Notes under the pieces: generated by a model
What the model saw: only the letters and a program-made list of their open reading frames with translations
The model's database searches: none
What the model was told of the DNA's origin: nothing
In this document: positions 1 through 14,986 of the stretch, piece after piece
Numbering within the stretch: position 1 is the first letter of the stretch
Layout: every line of letters starts with the position of its first letter
Translations under genes and position numbers: made by a program
NCBI GenBank assembly: GCA_012295275.1
Contig: CM022673.1
Location: forward strand, 17,112,001 to 17,176,000
Reading direction: 5' to 3'
DNA from: Chrysomallon squamiferum
Taxonomy: Eukaryota > Animalia > Mollusca
Length of the DNA stretch: 64,000 nucleotides

Positions 1-1041
1 GGTTTAAATGATTTAATCATACTTTTTTTCTTTCTTTCTTTTTTTTAATTTTAATTTTAATTTTTTTAATTTAAATTTTACTTTAAGATTTGACTAATTA
101 TATTCTCCAGCAAGTTATCTAGTTTACTCTTGCAGTATTAGAAACAGTAGTAGTCTACAGCCTGTAATGAAGTCTATCACACTTCTGCTGAATTAAAAAC
201 GTTATAGAAATATGAGGTACCAATCTCGGAGCACGGGCTTGATCAGGAAAAGGTGCAGCTTGCTTACCGAGGGAGTTAAGTCCTGCAGTCGATTACATCT
301 CGCTTGAGTGTTGAAACAACTGAGTTATAACCCAGTCGTTTTCAGCAAAGAAAACACAATAAGGAACTAAAAGACGAAGAGCACCAACCCCTCTCCTCCC
401 CAAAAAGGAAAGCTATAACAACAATTTCTCCTTTAAATAATTTTTTTTTCTGATGCTCTTTCGGATTATAAAATGCGTGTGCTTGTAGTTAGAAATCTCA
501 ATCATTTTTCGTTAATTTTATATTTCAAAAAAAGGTCTGTTGCTGAACAGAACCCTTGCAGACTCGCTGTAGAAGATACATTATTGCAATTGATTTTCCA
601 ATCAACTACAAAACCAGCAAGCTTCAGGAAGCGAAATATCGAGTGCACGGGGCATATTACTTTACCATCATCATATTTGTCGCCAGAGAAAAACAGTTAA
701 GTGAAGAAAATTATTTTATTTTTTAAAAAACAAGTGTCTACAGAATATATACATAACAAAACGAAACTGGGAGTGTTTAGGTGCATACATGTCAACGAAC
801 TGGGAAATGGATTAATTATAAGTAATATTTGTGATACAAATCTGTGAAGGAAGCCACATGATACAGTTATGTATGAACTCTTCTAATACTTGCTGAGTAA
901 GCAGGCGCAGATCTGGAGGGGGGTTGTCATAGGGATTTCGACCCTTTGTGCCCAATAACAAACAATTTAGCCAATTTTGATGATTTTATTACTTTTATTT
1001 TTAAAAATATGTTAATGTAAAAACATGGATGAAATATATAA

Positions 1042-1079
<38 letters not shown>

Positions 1080-1790
1080 GGATACACAAATACCTACCTA
1101 TACACATACACATGCATACATACATAGGATACAAACAAACATATACATGGATACATACATAGGATACACAAAGATACACATACACAATTCATACATACAC
1201 ACATACATACATACATACATTCATACATACATACGTATATACATACATACATATATTCACATACACACATACACAGTCTATCAACTACAAAGCTCAGTTA
1301 TAAGAAAGAAAAACAAATTATCTTAAGTATCTTCGATTACTTACTGAAGAAGAAAGAATAGGATGAAACTGGTGTGTTTTTTACTGTGTAGGACTGTTTA
1401 CGCCATGACTTTTCAAAACGTGTGCTGTGTATTTGTTACATCTCTGTGTGAAGTGTTGTCTGTGGTGTGAAATATAGCGTGCGGTCACACGTTATACAGT
1501 AATAACGTAATCATTACACTGTAGGCATGAAAGTATGTATATGCATACGTATGTATGTATGTTGTTTGTATGTGTGCTTGTGTGTGTATATGTACGCATG
1601 TGCGTACGTATGTATGTATATATGTATTATATATTTGTGTGTATGTGTGTATGTATGTGTGTGTGCGCATATATGTATATGTATATGTGCTAATGTGTGT
1701 TTGTGTGTATGTATAGTATGTATATATATGTATGTATGTATTCATATGTGTCAGAACGTGTAATTCCCATAATAACCCCCATCTATACAT

Positions 1791-1831
<41 letters not shown>

Positions 1832-2199
1832 TGCAAGCGTGCGCGTTTTTTGTGTGTGTGTGTGTGTTAATCCAGGGATATAAAAATAATTTATATGCAT
1901 TGATTTCCATGCACGACCCGCCGGACAGATAGGAGATAACGACGTAGTGAAAGGTTTAATTGGAAACAAGCTGCACTCTAACGAACCAGAAACAGTTAAT
2001 TGTGTCCGGCTCGCAGATCCTCTACAGTGGCGGCCTTTGACAATAATAAATTATATGTATTGTCCATAGACCTCACTGAATTGCTATAATTTTACTTTTG
2101 ATAAAATTATCTGATTTTTTTTTTTTTTTAATTATTTTATTACTTTATTTATTTATTTATTATTACAGTTATTATTATTATTATTACTATTACTGTTAC

Positions 2200-2257
<58 letters not shown>

Positions 2258-4629
2258 TGACAGTTGAATACTGAGAATGCAATGAAGATCTGAGGTTTTG
2301 CGGCAAATCATGGTTATACAATAAAACTTAAAACTGATAACGTTTCATTCATATGGGCGAGGTATTATTTCATTTTATTAGTGATGCAAATCAAATTATA
2401 AATTTAGTTGTATTTAAATATCAGTTTTATATAATATTTAACGCCAGTAGGTTTATATTAAAATATCAGAACTCAGTTTGATTCCAGGGGCAATGTCTCT
2501 TCAGAGATAGAGATTTATATAAATATTTATTGGGGTCTCGGTTTTATGCATAATTACAAGTGGGTGAGTGCTATTTTAGTTTCTATCTAAAAGATTACAC
2601 AGATGAAATCTTTTATTTGTTCTGACTGAGTCACAGTGAATGAAAACCACAGTAATATAATTTTGTCAACGTATGAATGAACGAATGAATGAATATTTGT
2701 TTAAAATGACGTATTAAAACAGTTTAAATACACTCTGAGGTCTATTCAGTGTTGAAAAAGAAACCCGTTATTACTTTCCAGGATGTTTTTTTATCGAAGA
2801 TAATTTTATAACGTTCACCACTTTTCCTCCTTCAGTCGCTGAGCTTTGGTCAGATGAGGAGGAGTACTTAGAAAGCTTCGAATCTGAATTCGTATAACTC
2901 AGACATACAGGTCAACAAAATAATTAACTTATTTAAATCTTAACATTAGAAAGCTTGTTTTTAAATATATATATATATATATATAACGTATAAAAATGAT
3001 ATTTATCTTTTGTGCACCGTTTGGATCGGGAAATTAATCCACAATGAGCGAATTCAAATTTGTATAATTTCAGATAGTAAAGAAATGAGTTTTATTTACG
3101 GAGCATTACTTGAATTGGAAAATTAGTTCATGTAAAATAGATATAAACAAAAAAATAAATAAATAAATAAAGTAAAATAAATAAAGTAAAATAAATAAAT
3201 AAATAAAAAAATAAATAAATAAATAAATAAATAAATAAAATACTTACGTAATGTTGACTGGATAGGACAGTTAATCTTAAGAAATGAACTGAGGTTGTTT
3301 ATTTTGCTCTCGTACTTACAAAAACGGTTAGATCGAGAAATTACTCCAGTGAAGTGAAGTAGCGAAATATTTCGATTTGTCGCTTTTGAGATTACTGTAA
3401 TTTTAATACTGCATAATTCTGATCCGTTGCCTGGAGATAGCATTAGAAGAAACGTGACTTGTTACATAAACACATTATTTCAAAAATATCTTTTTAACAT
3501 TATGGGTGTAACATAAAACATATGTGACCCAGGATATATTTTAAATTAAAGTATAAACTATTATCATTGAAAAATCTGTGACCTTGTAAATGCAATCAGG
3601 AAAAGTTATGCGAAAAATAATTAAAAAACATTGGCGAAGTATTACGTCTTATAATTATGATAATTAAAAATGCATATTGTTTATTATATGCATGTATGTA
3701 TGTATATATGTATGTATGTATGTATGTTTGTATGTATCAGTGTATGTACGATCCTGCATGCTTGTATGCTTTTATAGGTATGTTTATTTATATGTATGTA
3801 TGTAGGTGGGTAGGTAGTTAGGTAGTAGACAGATACTTTTATGCAGATAGTATTCATTCACTACTTTATATTTCAAATATCTGCAAAAACTATTTTAAAT
3901 CTTGTCAGTATTTGCTTAGTTAAAAGAGTGCCTTCATAAGTTTCAGTACGGCATGAAAAAGCTTCTTTTTAATACTTCGTAAAGAATCGGGCAAAATAGA
4001 TGAAAGAACGGATCTAAACGAAAAATAACGGAAATGGACGGAAATGAAACAACAGGAAAAACATTTTTAATATCATATGGCATTTACATCAAACAAATGG
4101 ATCTTAATGATAAATTATAAATTTGAATTTATAGATTTACTTAAAGATGTCCTTTTGAAGTTTTTTTAAAGTTTTTTTTTAATTTTTTTTTTTTTTTATT
4201 ATTTTCTCAATTTGTTTTTACTAATTTTAAATTGACAGATCTGCTATTAAAAGGAGGGTTTTCTTTTCCACTAGTTCTTACTTCGCTGCACCGACCGACC
4301 GTAGTTAAAACTCAATTAGACGAAAATAGAAAATAAAAAATGTAAATGAAGTTTTCGCTTCTCGCGTTGAATCTGCGAACCGTCATCTTATGCTATTTTT
4401 ACTTCTCTTTATTTCTTCAATTTTTAAATTTATTCTTTTTTCTTTGTTTCTCTTTTTATTTATTTCTTCCAGTTCGGCGTTTTAAGACATTAACAGACAC
4501 GTGTGTTGTTCATCAACGGTAAATGGCCTAGCTCATATAAACGTCAGATTAAGATTTTCTTCTTGGTTTTTTGGAAACCAGTCTGTTTTGAGCATTAAAT
4601 CCTGAAATTGTCTTCAAAGGTTTGATGTA

Positions 4630-4950
4630 AGCTTCTGAATCCATATATCATGGGTTGAAATGCAGTTTGATATAAGTGTTGAATCGATATATTTTTATTA
4701 TGGGTTGAAATCGAAATTTTATGCAAATGTTGAATCGATATATTGAATCGATATACTGGTTGAAATCTAGTGTAACGTAAGATATGTTTTCATCATTGAT
4801 AGATATTCTGTTTCATGAAAGCGTTGAATCGATGAATTTTCATCATGGGTTGAAATCCAGTTAAAGGAAAGCGTTGAATCAAGATAATTCCTATAAAGGT
4901 TGTTATTTATTCCAATTTATTTTGTTCATACGTTGAAATTTAGTTTGAAT
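4630..4950. repeat. Degenerate tandem repeat (CATGGGTTGAAAT...GTTGAATCGAT, about 50-bp period)
   Basis: GGTTGAAAT and GTTGAATC recur 5-6 times each. Confidence 0.7.
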
Positions 4951-6414
4951 GACAGGTTCCATCCCAATACATAAACTCAGAAATCAGATATTACTCTTAT
5001 AGGTTAATAACTACTTTTGTATAATTTAAAATCTATAAAGTTTCTTGAATGATCAGAATTATATGAGCTTTGCAGCCGGTTATTATCTTTCATATCAAAA
5101 ATTACATAGATGTCAATTATGAATCCAGAAATTACTCTCTGTGTCTAATAATCAATTTGCAACAAGCAGTGAATATAAATTATTTTAATTTTGTTTGGAT
5201 AGTTAAAAACCGGTAAAAACCAGAGTGAGTCAGTTTTTTTTTAAAAACTTAATGAATGTCTTTCAGGATAAAATACTACATATTTATATTAGCGGATTTA
5301 CTGCATTTTAAAACTGCCTAAAAGACCATAAAGCCAAGTAAGAAAAGTGAGTTGCGCAAGATCCTTTAACTGCCAAGAATTAAGCCAGTTTTTAAAGAAT
5401 TAAAGACAACAAGGATTTTTCTGTCTGTGGATTAGTGAGTGAAAAGTTAAAAAGTTAAATTTAATTCTCACTTCCGAAGGTTGATATGTTTTCTGACATG
5501 CAGATTCGACAGCTGGACAAAAAGTTTGATGCTGATCAACATCATTTACTCTTTTAATATCCGAATTGTTCCAAAATTTCTCTTATTTATAATATGCATA
5601 GAATCTGTCATTTCCACAGCTATTTTATCTAATTATTATTAACAAACAATATTACACCCCTCCACACACACATATAAACATTTTTTAATCTATATGTCCA
5701 TCTTTCCCTCCTTCTCTCTGTCTATCTATGTCTCTACCTCTGTCTATCTATGTCTCTACCTCTGTCTATCTATGTCTCTATCTCTGTCATCTGCCTAGCT
5801 ATTTAAACTGCGTTATTTTGTCCACTACCAGTTTACTCCTACATACTAAAACCGTATCAGGACTTCACAAGAACAGAACATCAAAACAACAAAAGTGTTG
5901 ACCCAAGAACAATATAAACAGAAAAAATCTGTGTTATAATTCAAAACCCGTTCTTAACTGACAAACAACATTTTGTACAGTATTGTCATTACCCAATACA
6001 TACCATGTCAAGAATGATGCAAATTTATTGTTAATAACAGACATAATGTTATCATGGTTTCATTCACTCTTCTGTTGTCACAGATGTAGACACAGATATC
6101 ATAAACTAAGAGTGAAGTTCTGTTCTGCAAGTGACACACAAAGTAAATCTGTGTAATAAACGAACGTAACCATTCGTGATTCTGCGTGCATCAGTCAATG
6201 AGTTCAGATACAGAAGTTTAAGGACAAACATATTAAAGGCATGGATGAATGTAAATTAAAAAGCAATGAATGCAGTTTAATGGTTTGATGACTTTTCCTT
6301 CCTAAAGGCAAATGACATCACAGTATACTGATCAGTGGTTATATAGAGATATATATAAATATCGCATCAAGCGCCTGGATAAACATAAGTGAGTTAAGGA
6401 GTCCAAAACGTGAT

Positions 6415-6785
6415 TCGGTTCAACGGTTTATAGCTATCCTACAGCTTATAGCTACACTTATACAAAAATACGAAGGTCGCTAGTTATTAGAACACGTATA
6501 TATATCCGCTTTTCATAGACATGGTTAAACGTAAAAATGAGACAGTTGAATAAGTGAAACGATTTGTAGCTGTCTACAGCGTATAGCAACACTTATCTAA
6601 AAATACGTAGGTCGCTGGCTGTTAGAACACGTATATATCTGCTTTTCATAGAAATGGTTAACGTAAAAATGAGACAGATGAATACGCGAAACGGTTTGTA
6701 GCTGTCCTGAAGCTGATAGCTATACAGTTATACTGATATACAAACACGTAGATGACTGGTTTTTAAAACACGCACATATCTACTT
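6415..6785. repeat. About 134-bp tandem repeat, about 2.7 copies
   Basis: CGGTTT[A/G]TAGCT-like starts at about 6424, 6560 and 6692; GCTTTTCATAG...ACGTAAAAATGAGACAG duplicated. Confidence 0.85.
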
Positions 6786-7384
6786 ATCTCTGAGAAGACG
6801 ACTGTGAACGTGACGCTGCAGAAACGCTTTGTACAGGCGGCATGACGAATCTGTATTTCATCGCTCTGGAGGAGAACACGCGTCAAAAAGAAATTAATAA
6901 ATTACGATAAAGTACGAAACAAAACAGATGCCGAGTGCATCACGTGAAGTGTACTAACACCTACTGTCAAACCGAACCGGCGTGTTCTGTATCACAGACC
7001 AGCGTGCATCGCCAGTAACGTGTCTGTTCGTACGTTCATCTATCAGATAACAGTTGTTATTAATTTTAGGCAAATCACATCACCAAGTTATTAGTACCAT
7101 GTTGTGCCCCTAGCAGTAAACCACGCTGTTATCGCTGGTTAGCGTAATATGCTTGAAGTCATGGTTAATGAGTTTTACCTGTGTACATCTGTTCGTTTGT
7201 CGTCATATCGTTGGCTTTATGCATAGCCGTATATGTTTTGCGTATTGTTTAACTTCTTTATAAAATACATGGACATATGCATCTGAATCTCACCAAAGAG
7301 TTACGTACGAGACAGAAGAGATATTTCATAAACAGTCTATAAATTGTGTGTGTGTCTGTCTGTACATATGTATATATATTTAAT

Positions 7385-8085
7385 TTATATTTAACAATGT
7401 ACAATTGTAAGTTTCATTTGACAAATGTGTAAATACGACTGCAAACTCTATACACAGAACTATTTAACAATGTACAGTTATATTTGATTTGAGAGTTGTG
7501 TATGTAGGACTGTTAACACTATACACAGAACTATTTAACAATGTACAGTTATTATATTTGATTTGAGAGTTGTGTATGTAGGACTGTTAACACTATACAA
7601 AGAATTGTATTTAACGATACACAGCTGTTATATTTGACATATTTAACAATTCACAAATTTAACAATTCACAATTTGACACTGCACATACAGCTGTATTGA
7701 ACAATGCACAGCTGCTATATTTCATTTGACACTGTACATATATCTGTATTTAACAATGTACAGTTGTTATCTTTGATTTGACGCTGTACATACAGCTGTA
7801 TTTAACAATGTACAACTGTTATATTTTATTTGGCGCTGTACGTAGAACTGTATTTAACAATGTACAGTTGTTATGTTTGATTTGACGCTGTACATACAAC
7901 TGTATTTAACAATGTGCAACTGTTATATTTGATTTTACGCTGTACATAGAACTGTGTTTAACAATGTACAGTTGTTATATTTGATTTGGCGCTGTACATA
8001 CAACTGTATTTAATAATGTACAGTTGTTATGTTGTATTATGACACTTCAAATACAACTATATTTAACAATGTGTGGTTGTTATCA
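7385..8085. repeat. Minisatellite, about 52-bp unit (GTATTTAACAATGTACAGTTGTTATATTTGATTTGACGCTGTACATACAACT) with longer 5' variants
   Basis: TTTAACAATGT recurs at about 52-bp spacing from about 7750 to 8070. Confidence 0.9.
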
Positions 8086-8449
8086 AATTTAATAAAGTGA
8101 AATCAAATTAAAAGAAAACAAAGAAACGTTTCGTACAAATTAGCTTTACTTCTGTGACCTTCAGTTTGAGAAAGGTTACTGTGAAAGTCTGTTGTTGTTG
8201 TTGTTGTTGTTGTTTCTGATGATGATGATGATGATTAAAATGAGGAGGATGCTGTTGATGATGTTCCTTCTATTGTTACTGTTGTTATTGTTGGAATTTT
8301 TCCTATTGTTTTTGTTGATGATGATGATAGCGAAGTGATGATAATGACGATGATGCTTTTGATGATATTGTTAATCTTGTTACTTTTGATGGAGTCGGTT
8401 ATTATTATAATTATTATTGTGGTTATTTTAACTGAGGATATATATACAG

Positions 8450-8486
<37 letters not shown>

Positions 8487-8839
8487 CTGGCAAGTTACAA
8501 AAATATGGTGACAGTGCATTAAATAATACTTATTTAAGCACTTCGACTTCTAAAAAAATATATTTGTAAAATATTACGGAACATGTTTCCAAAATTTTGT
8601 CCTTTAAGAGTGTACATCAACTTTTCAGAATGTACCACCTCGTTATGCTGCAAGTAAGGAATATAAAACCGTTTATAGTTTAAAACCAGAGAGAAGGAAT
8701 TAACTGAACGTAAGTCACACATCTTATAAAAAAAAACTTGTTTCTTCTGGATTTTTCCTTAAAGATAAACTTACGAATTTACTCAATGCACCGCTCCCTA
8801 GAATAATAATAATAAAAAAATTTAAATCTGAAAAATTCA

Positions 8840-9480
8840 ACTTACCATACTGATAGACCGATAAGATATTACGTCACCTTCTGTTTTTATAATCCAGTCG
8901 TACAGAAAAAATACATATTAACGTAGAAAACAGAAAATACTATAAGCCAACCAGGAATGTCCTCACGTGAATTCACGTAAATCAGTTTTGCAAGGCATCT
9001 AAATTGAATCCGTCCATCACAGGACTGTCACTAACATCCCGTTTCCAAATCGGCCATCCCGAATAGAGAAGTGAAACTACGGTACGATACCAAGTGTCCC
9101 ATCTCGCAGACAGACACACGCATGACGACATGAATGGCTGATTGGTCCCAGAGTTCGCCATCCAAACTGTCTGAATCCATTCACAGAAGCCTGCTGTCGC
9201 TCTGCCCAATCAAACACTTTTTCTCAGATAAATGTATCGCTGTGTGGCTGTGTATTCGGAAGCCGGGCAGGCGATCACAGTTCTTGTAAAACAGACGAGC
9301 GTTTATTTGTGTTATCAGGAACCGTGCTAGTAAATTCGTGCGAATCCCATAACACGGCCGTTCTCTACTGCCGCTCGACAGACAAAAAAAACCCAACCAT
9401 AGCTTCCTTGTGTGAAGTCTCTGTTGTGCACGCGATTTTAAATAATCGCCGGAGTTTTCTCTTATGACAGAATGATAAGG
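8840..9480. promoter_or_regulatory. CpG-rich promoter-like island of uncertain direction
   Basis: TCACGTGA at about 8963, opposed CCAAT boxes (about 9141 and 9206), minus-strand ATG|GTAAGT at 8848-8840. Confidence 0.4.
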
Positions 9481-9787
9481 TTCTTGTTCTTTTTATATCC
9501 TTAATAACAAACGTTTAAAGAAAACATTCTTTAATTTGAAATGAGGCAAGTGTAACAAATTACAGCTATTTCATCTTCTACGACGACAGCAACAGAGACA
9601 ATGATTACTACTACTGCTAATATTATTAATATAACATCATACTACCACCACTGTTATTTGTATTAGTAGTAATTGTAGTAGCAGTAGTAATAGTAGTAGT
9701 AATAGTAGTAGTAGAAATAGTAGTTGTAGTAATAAGTAGTAGTATTGGTAGTAGCAGAAGTAGTTGCAGCAGTATTGATAGTAGTAA

Positions 9788-9834
<47 letters not shown>

Positions 9835-10517
9835 ATGATAGTTGTAGCAGAAAATAATACAACAACAAGCTCGTAGTATAGCAGCCGCTGAGTTTGAACA
9901 TTATTTTTATATCAGACATTTGGAAATGATAATAAATGACTTTTACTTGGTTCGTAAGGCAATCTAATTTAATAAACTTGTGTGTGATCAAATTATAATG
10001 ATGTACATAGATGTGTTTATATATAAGTGCAGCTATCGTAGTATTATTAATTATTTAATTTTTATTTTGTTGGCACAGTTTGCTCATGTATATTAGTAAC
10101 ACAAAGAAGCATTTATAAATAGAGTAACACAGTTTATGTATTCCTTACTGTCTCCCACACTTTTGCTTGCGCATTCAAGCCGTGACAGTGCAATTATTGT
10201 TATTAATATTTTATAGTGTTCCATTTCTTTCAGTTTCATAATGGACAGAAATAGTTCAACAATCGATAATATTATTATTTGTGTGTTTTGTTCATTAATG
10301 GTGCTTTTACTCGATGACCCTTAATAGTTTTGCCTAATGAAATATTAAAAAAAAAAAAAAAAAGACGTTATTATCGTTTAATGTCTCTGTGTTGGAAAAC
10401 CGATAAAGAAACGTTTTGTTTTAGAATTGTTTTAAGTTAATATGACAAATACAGTTGCTGTTATTACAACTACTACTACTCCTGCTACTACCACTGCTAT
10501 TATTATTACTGCTGCTT

Positions 10518-10551
<34 letters not shown>

Positions 10552-11148
10552 AGCAATAACAACTATTACTATTACTTCTAATAACACTTATATCATTACT
10601 ACCCCAATAACCACCACTACATGTGATAGTACTATTACTATTATTAATAATTATACTACTAATACTACTAATACAACAACTACAACTACCATCGCTACCA
10701 TTACTCTTATTACTACTGCTATTCTACTTCAGTTAAACTACTAGCATTACTACAACAGCGACAACATCAACAATAACACAAACATTTTCAAAGCTTTAAT
10801 AAAATAGTTAATAGACTGAAACATATTAATGTAACCTTCATCTGTATGTTTGTTTTGAAAATTTACTTTCTGCTTCACAGAAACTTTCCGATGAGAATTC
10901 ACGTTAAATACAGCTCAAGGCCTGAGGTTGAATTCTTTACAACTGCTTATGTATATGTACAAAGTAAATACCAACAAAAAGATCTTCAAAATAAGAAAAC
11001 ACAGATAACAATATATGTGAATTTCGTTAGAAAGCTGAAAATACTTGATTAGATGTGGTAACAAGGAGAATTGTGTTAAATGAAATATAGGGGATTTCTG
11101 ACTTCGTTGTTTTCAGTTTATTATTTGTATTGTTCGATTTTATTTATT

Positions 11149-11222
<74 letters not shown>

Positions 11223-11744
11223 GTTTTTTTGTTGTCCTATAGTTATTATGGTTGTTACATTATTGATGTTGTACTCACTGCAATATGTTATTATATTTTT
11301 TCGTTTGATATTTTCCGTTTTCTACTAGTGATTAAATTTAATATTGTGTTAAAGCGTTTCAGACTATTTTACAGTTTTCAATTTACCTTTTCCCCACTGT
11401 TTAATTATCTCCCTGAGTGAGATCAGCTAAATAGTGTATTTTTCATCCACCTAAAACCCCTCAGTTTTTCTGCACTGCCCTTGAGCCACATTTCATTTTT
11501 TTTTTTTTAATTACTTTTTTTTTTTTTTTTTTTTGAATTGTCTTTTATCATTTCTAATTCTGCTCAACCCGAGTAATAATTCTTTGAATTAGGTCAAAAG
11601 AAGAAGAAGAGACGATCTCGTGTAATCTTCTTAAGCAGGTTTATCTCAGTAAATGTCAATGCACATTAAAGTTCTTAAATCCAGATGAATCTTCTCGTAC
11701 GCGAGTTCTGGACACAACGTCTGCAGGACGAGATCAAACGCACA

Positions 11745-12150
11745 GACAGACAGACGGATGGATGAGAGCTTCCGCGAGGTAAATGGAAATTAAATGCATG
11801 GAAGAAAGGATCGACGGAGGATGGGTTAATGGACAGATGAATGATTGGCTACATGGATGGATCACTGAATGGATCGGTGAATGGATCGGTGAATGGATGG
11901 ATTGGTGAGTAAATGGATGGAGGCATGGACAGATGAGGGATGAGTTAATAAATAGATGAATAAACAGATGGATATTTGGATGGATATATAAATAAACGAT
12001 TAAGTCAATGATCTGATGAACGGAAAGATCTAGGGTGAGCGATGGATAGATAGATAAACTGATGGACAGATGGGTGGAGGGGTACATGGAAACAAAGATG
12101 ATAGATGGATGAACTGATTAACACAGAGACGTGTGAATTGATGGATGTAG
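11745..12150. repeat. Degenerate (GGAT/GAAT/AGAT)n microsatellite field
   Basis: Purine-rich tetranucleotide periodicity; explains ORF 11734..12087. Confidence 0.8.
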
Positions 12151-13444
12151 ATCTAATGAAATAAGGATTTGGAGAATGGTGTCTGACAATGGAATATTAA
12201 ATGAAGATGGACAAAAATTAATAATAAAGAAGAATAAAAAAGAGAGAGGCAGACAGAAGTAAGTGTATGAATAACACACTGACTGACAGATCTCTAGATT
12301 AGCTGTACTTTAAAAAGGAAATGTTAATGTCTGATATAATATATTGATTTTTAGTCTCACATATCATGTTTAATTTTCACCGAGAACTGCGAATGTTTCT
12401 CGTAATACAAGTAAGGGAGGTTCTATCCTTGAAAACAAGGGAGGAAGTCTGTCTACACTTGTAAAATAAATAAAATAAAATAAAATAAAATAAGATTGTA
12501 TACAGATTGTCATACTAAACTATTAACAAAGGTTAGATACAATTAACCAGTAAAAGAGTTTGAACTATATAAACTATAATAACATCATTTACATGTCATC
12601 AAGTAAAATTATTAAAGTATAAAACATACAAAACATACAAATATTAATAATAATAAAAATGATAATGATAATAAGATGATGATGATAATAATAATAATAA
12701 TAAAAATGATGATTATAATAATAATAATAGTAATAATGATAATGATAATGTTATTATGATGATGATAATAATATTAATAATAATAATAATAATAATATCA
12801 ATTGTTAAACTATTTCTGTTCTTTATGAAGTTGAAAGAAAATGGAAAACATAAAAAACACACACACACACACTCACAAACACACACACACACACACATAC
12901 GCACACCCATACACAACGCAATGATTTTTAATTTAATTGAACAGATGCTCGTTAACGTGTACTTCAGTGTTTTCTTTTTTCATATCTTACTTCATCGTTA
13001 TAATCTTTGCCTCTCCTTAATTATCTGTTATATCAATTTTTCTCTTCATTTTCCTCGCTTTGTCTCGATTGCGTCTCTGTAAATCCACCAGCACACAGTA
13101 AGACGCACGGATAATGGGTAATATTCGGTTTTATTGCGGAAATAATTTCTATTATCTACGTCTGTTATCCGCGTAGCTGAAAACATTCCGGGTCATCTTG
13201 GTCTTACTTCGCAGATTAGTCAATCAATCAGCCGTCTCACAGGTGCTTTTGTCCGTTTAACATTCAAGCACGCCTTTGCTGGACACATACTCAAGGGCTG
13301 TGCCAGTGTTTGTATGTTATGGGAGCGATTTTTTCCATCAGACAATTCGTGATACCTGCAAGTGTCTTCGTATTGTGATCTTAGTACAGATAATGCGATT
13401 GGATCCAAGTACAAGTCGATCTTTAGGACTACTGCCTAACCACA

Positions 13445-14235
13445 TACTGGAATAATCATACTATAAAATATAGTAATCTTACTATTGAATAATCATACTA
13501 TAAAATATAGTAATCATACTACTGAATAATCATACTATAAAATTTAGTAATCATACTACAGAATAATCATACTGTAGAATTTAGTAATCTTACTACAGAA
13601 TAATCATACTGTAGAATTTAGTAATCTTACTATAGAATTTAATTATCTTACTTTAGACTAATCGTACTATAGAATTTAGTGATCTTACTATTGAATTTAA
13701 TAATCTTACTACAGAATAATCTTACTTTAGAATAATCATAATACAGAATTTAGTTATCTTACTATGCGATAATCATAATGTAGAATATAGTAGTCTTACT
13801 GTAGACTATAGTTATCGTACTGTAGAATGATCACAGTATTCAGGGTGTCCGCAAGGTCTGGGTACATGGGGAATTTTACTATGTTATTTATTTATGTTAT
13901 TTTTCTTACCAGATCGAATGATGGCTCTGTCTAAAGAATTATGCATTGAAAGTGATGGAAATCATATTGAAAACATTATTTATTAACATTAGAATTAAAT
14001 AAAACTATTTTATTTTAAAAGCATGTGTTAATCCCTTATGTACCCAGATTTTGTGGACACCCTATTGAATAATCACACTTTAGAACTTAGTAATCTTACT
14101 ATAGAATACTCATACTATAGAAATTAGTAATCTTACTATAGAATACTCATACTATAGAAATTAGTAATCTTTCTGTAGAATAATCATACTTTAGAACATA
14201 GTAATTTTACTATAGAATAATCATACAGAATTTAG

Positions 14236-14236
<1 letters not shown>
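13445..14236. repeat. Minisatellite of alternating ~17/21-bp units (AATC[A/T]TACTATAGAAT[TTAGT]), interrupted by the MITE
   Basis: Repeated units visible on both sides of 13841-14064. Confidence 0.85.
13841..14064 (+). mobile_element. Tc1/mariner-derived MITE (internal-deletion derivative)
   Basis: About 31-bp imperfect TIRs: CAGGGTGTCCGCAAGGTCTGGGTACATGGGGA vs reverse complement of the right end TAGGGTGTCCACAAAATCTGGGTACATAAGGGA; internal mini-ORF 13921-13986 MALSKELCIESDGNHIENIIY*. The TA target duplication is degraded. Confidence 0.8.

Positions 14237-14329
<93 letters not shown>
14237..14329. repeat. (CT)n microsatellite; similar tracts at 14803-14891, 17521-17605, 18029-18103, 23855-23950 and (GA)n at 33901-33978
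   Basis: Perfect dinucleotide runs. Confidence 0.97.
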
Positions 14330-14333
<4 letters not shown>

Positions 14334-14799
14334 CTCTCCATCTTTCTTTCTCGTTCGCTTTCTCTCTAGACTGAAAATTAAGGAGTAACTGACCGAGCCG
14401 GTCTGGAAGACATTAGAACATTTATTCATTAAACGTACAGCAACAGTGTCTTTTTACATTAGAATTTGAAAAAATCTTCTACACTAGTTCTGGATCGTTA
14501 ACAAATGGGTTGCCAAAGTATTATACATTTGAATTCCCATCTGATTTTACGTGTAAAGAATGATGGAACATTTACAAATGCTTCTAGACATTTTATTGGC
14601 AGAAGAACAGTTATTTGATGATTTTATTCTGAAAAAACATAATTTCTATAAATCATTTCTTATTTTTCTGAAGGTTATGTATTATATTACAAACTAAGTA
14701 AGATGTATTGCTTTCACAAAAAAAGAAAAAAAGAAAAAAGGCATGAGGATTAGGGTTAAGAAGAATATCATGTCTATCCACGGGCAATCAATTCAGTTT

Positions 14800-14895
<96 letters not shown>

Positions 14896-14925
14896 CGAAT
14901 TCTTTCCTTCTCTATTTCGTTTTCT

Positions 14926-14986
<61 letters not shown>

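Noticed and set aside
268-330. Minus-strand exon candidate ending TCG|GTAAGC
   Set aside because: One short open frame with no recognisable homology; cannot be distinguished from chance.
6985-7035. TATCACAGACCAGC resembling miR-2
   Set aside because: No complementary upstream 5' arm; only a weak, bulged hairpin can be drawn.
9308-9357. Short hairpin GTGTTAT...ATAACAC
   Set aside because: Stem too short and mismatched for a pre-miRNA call.
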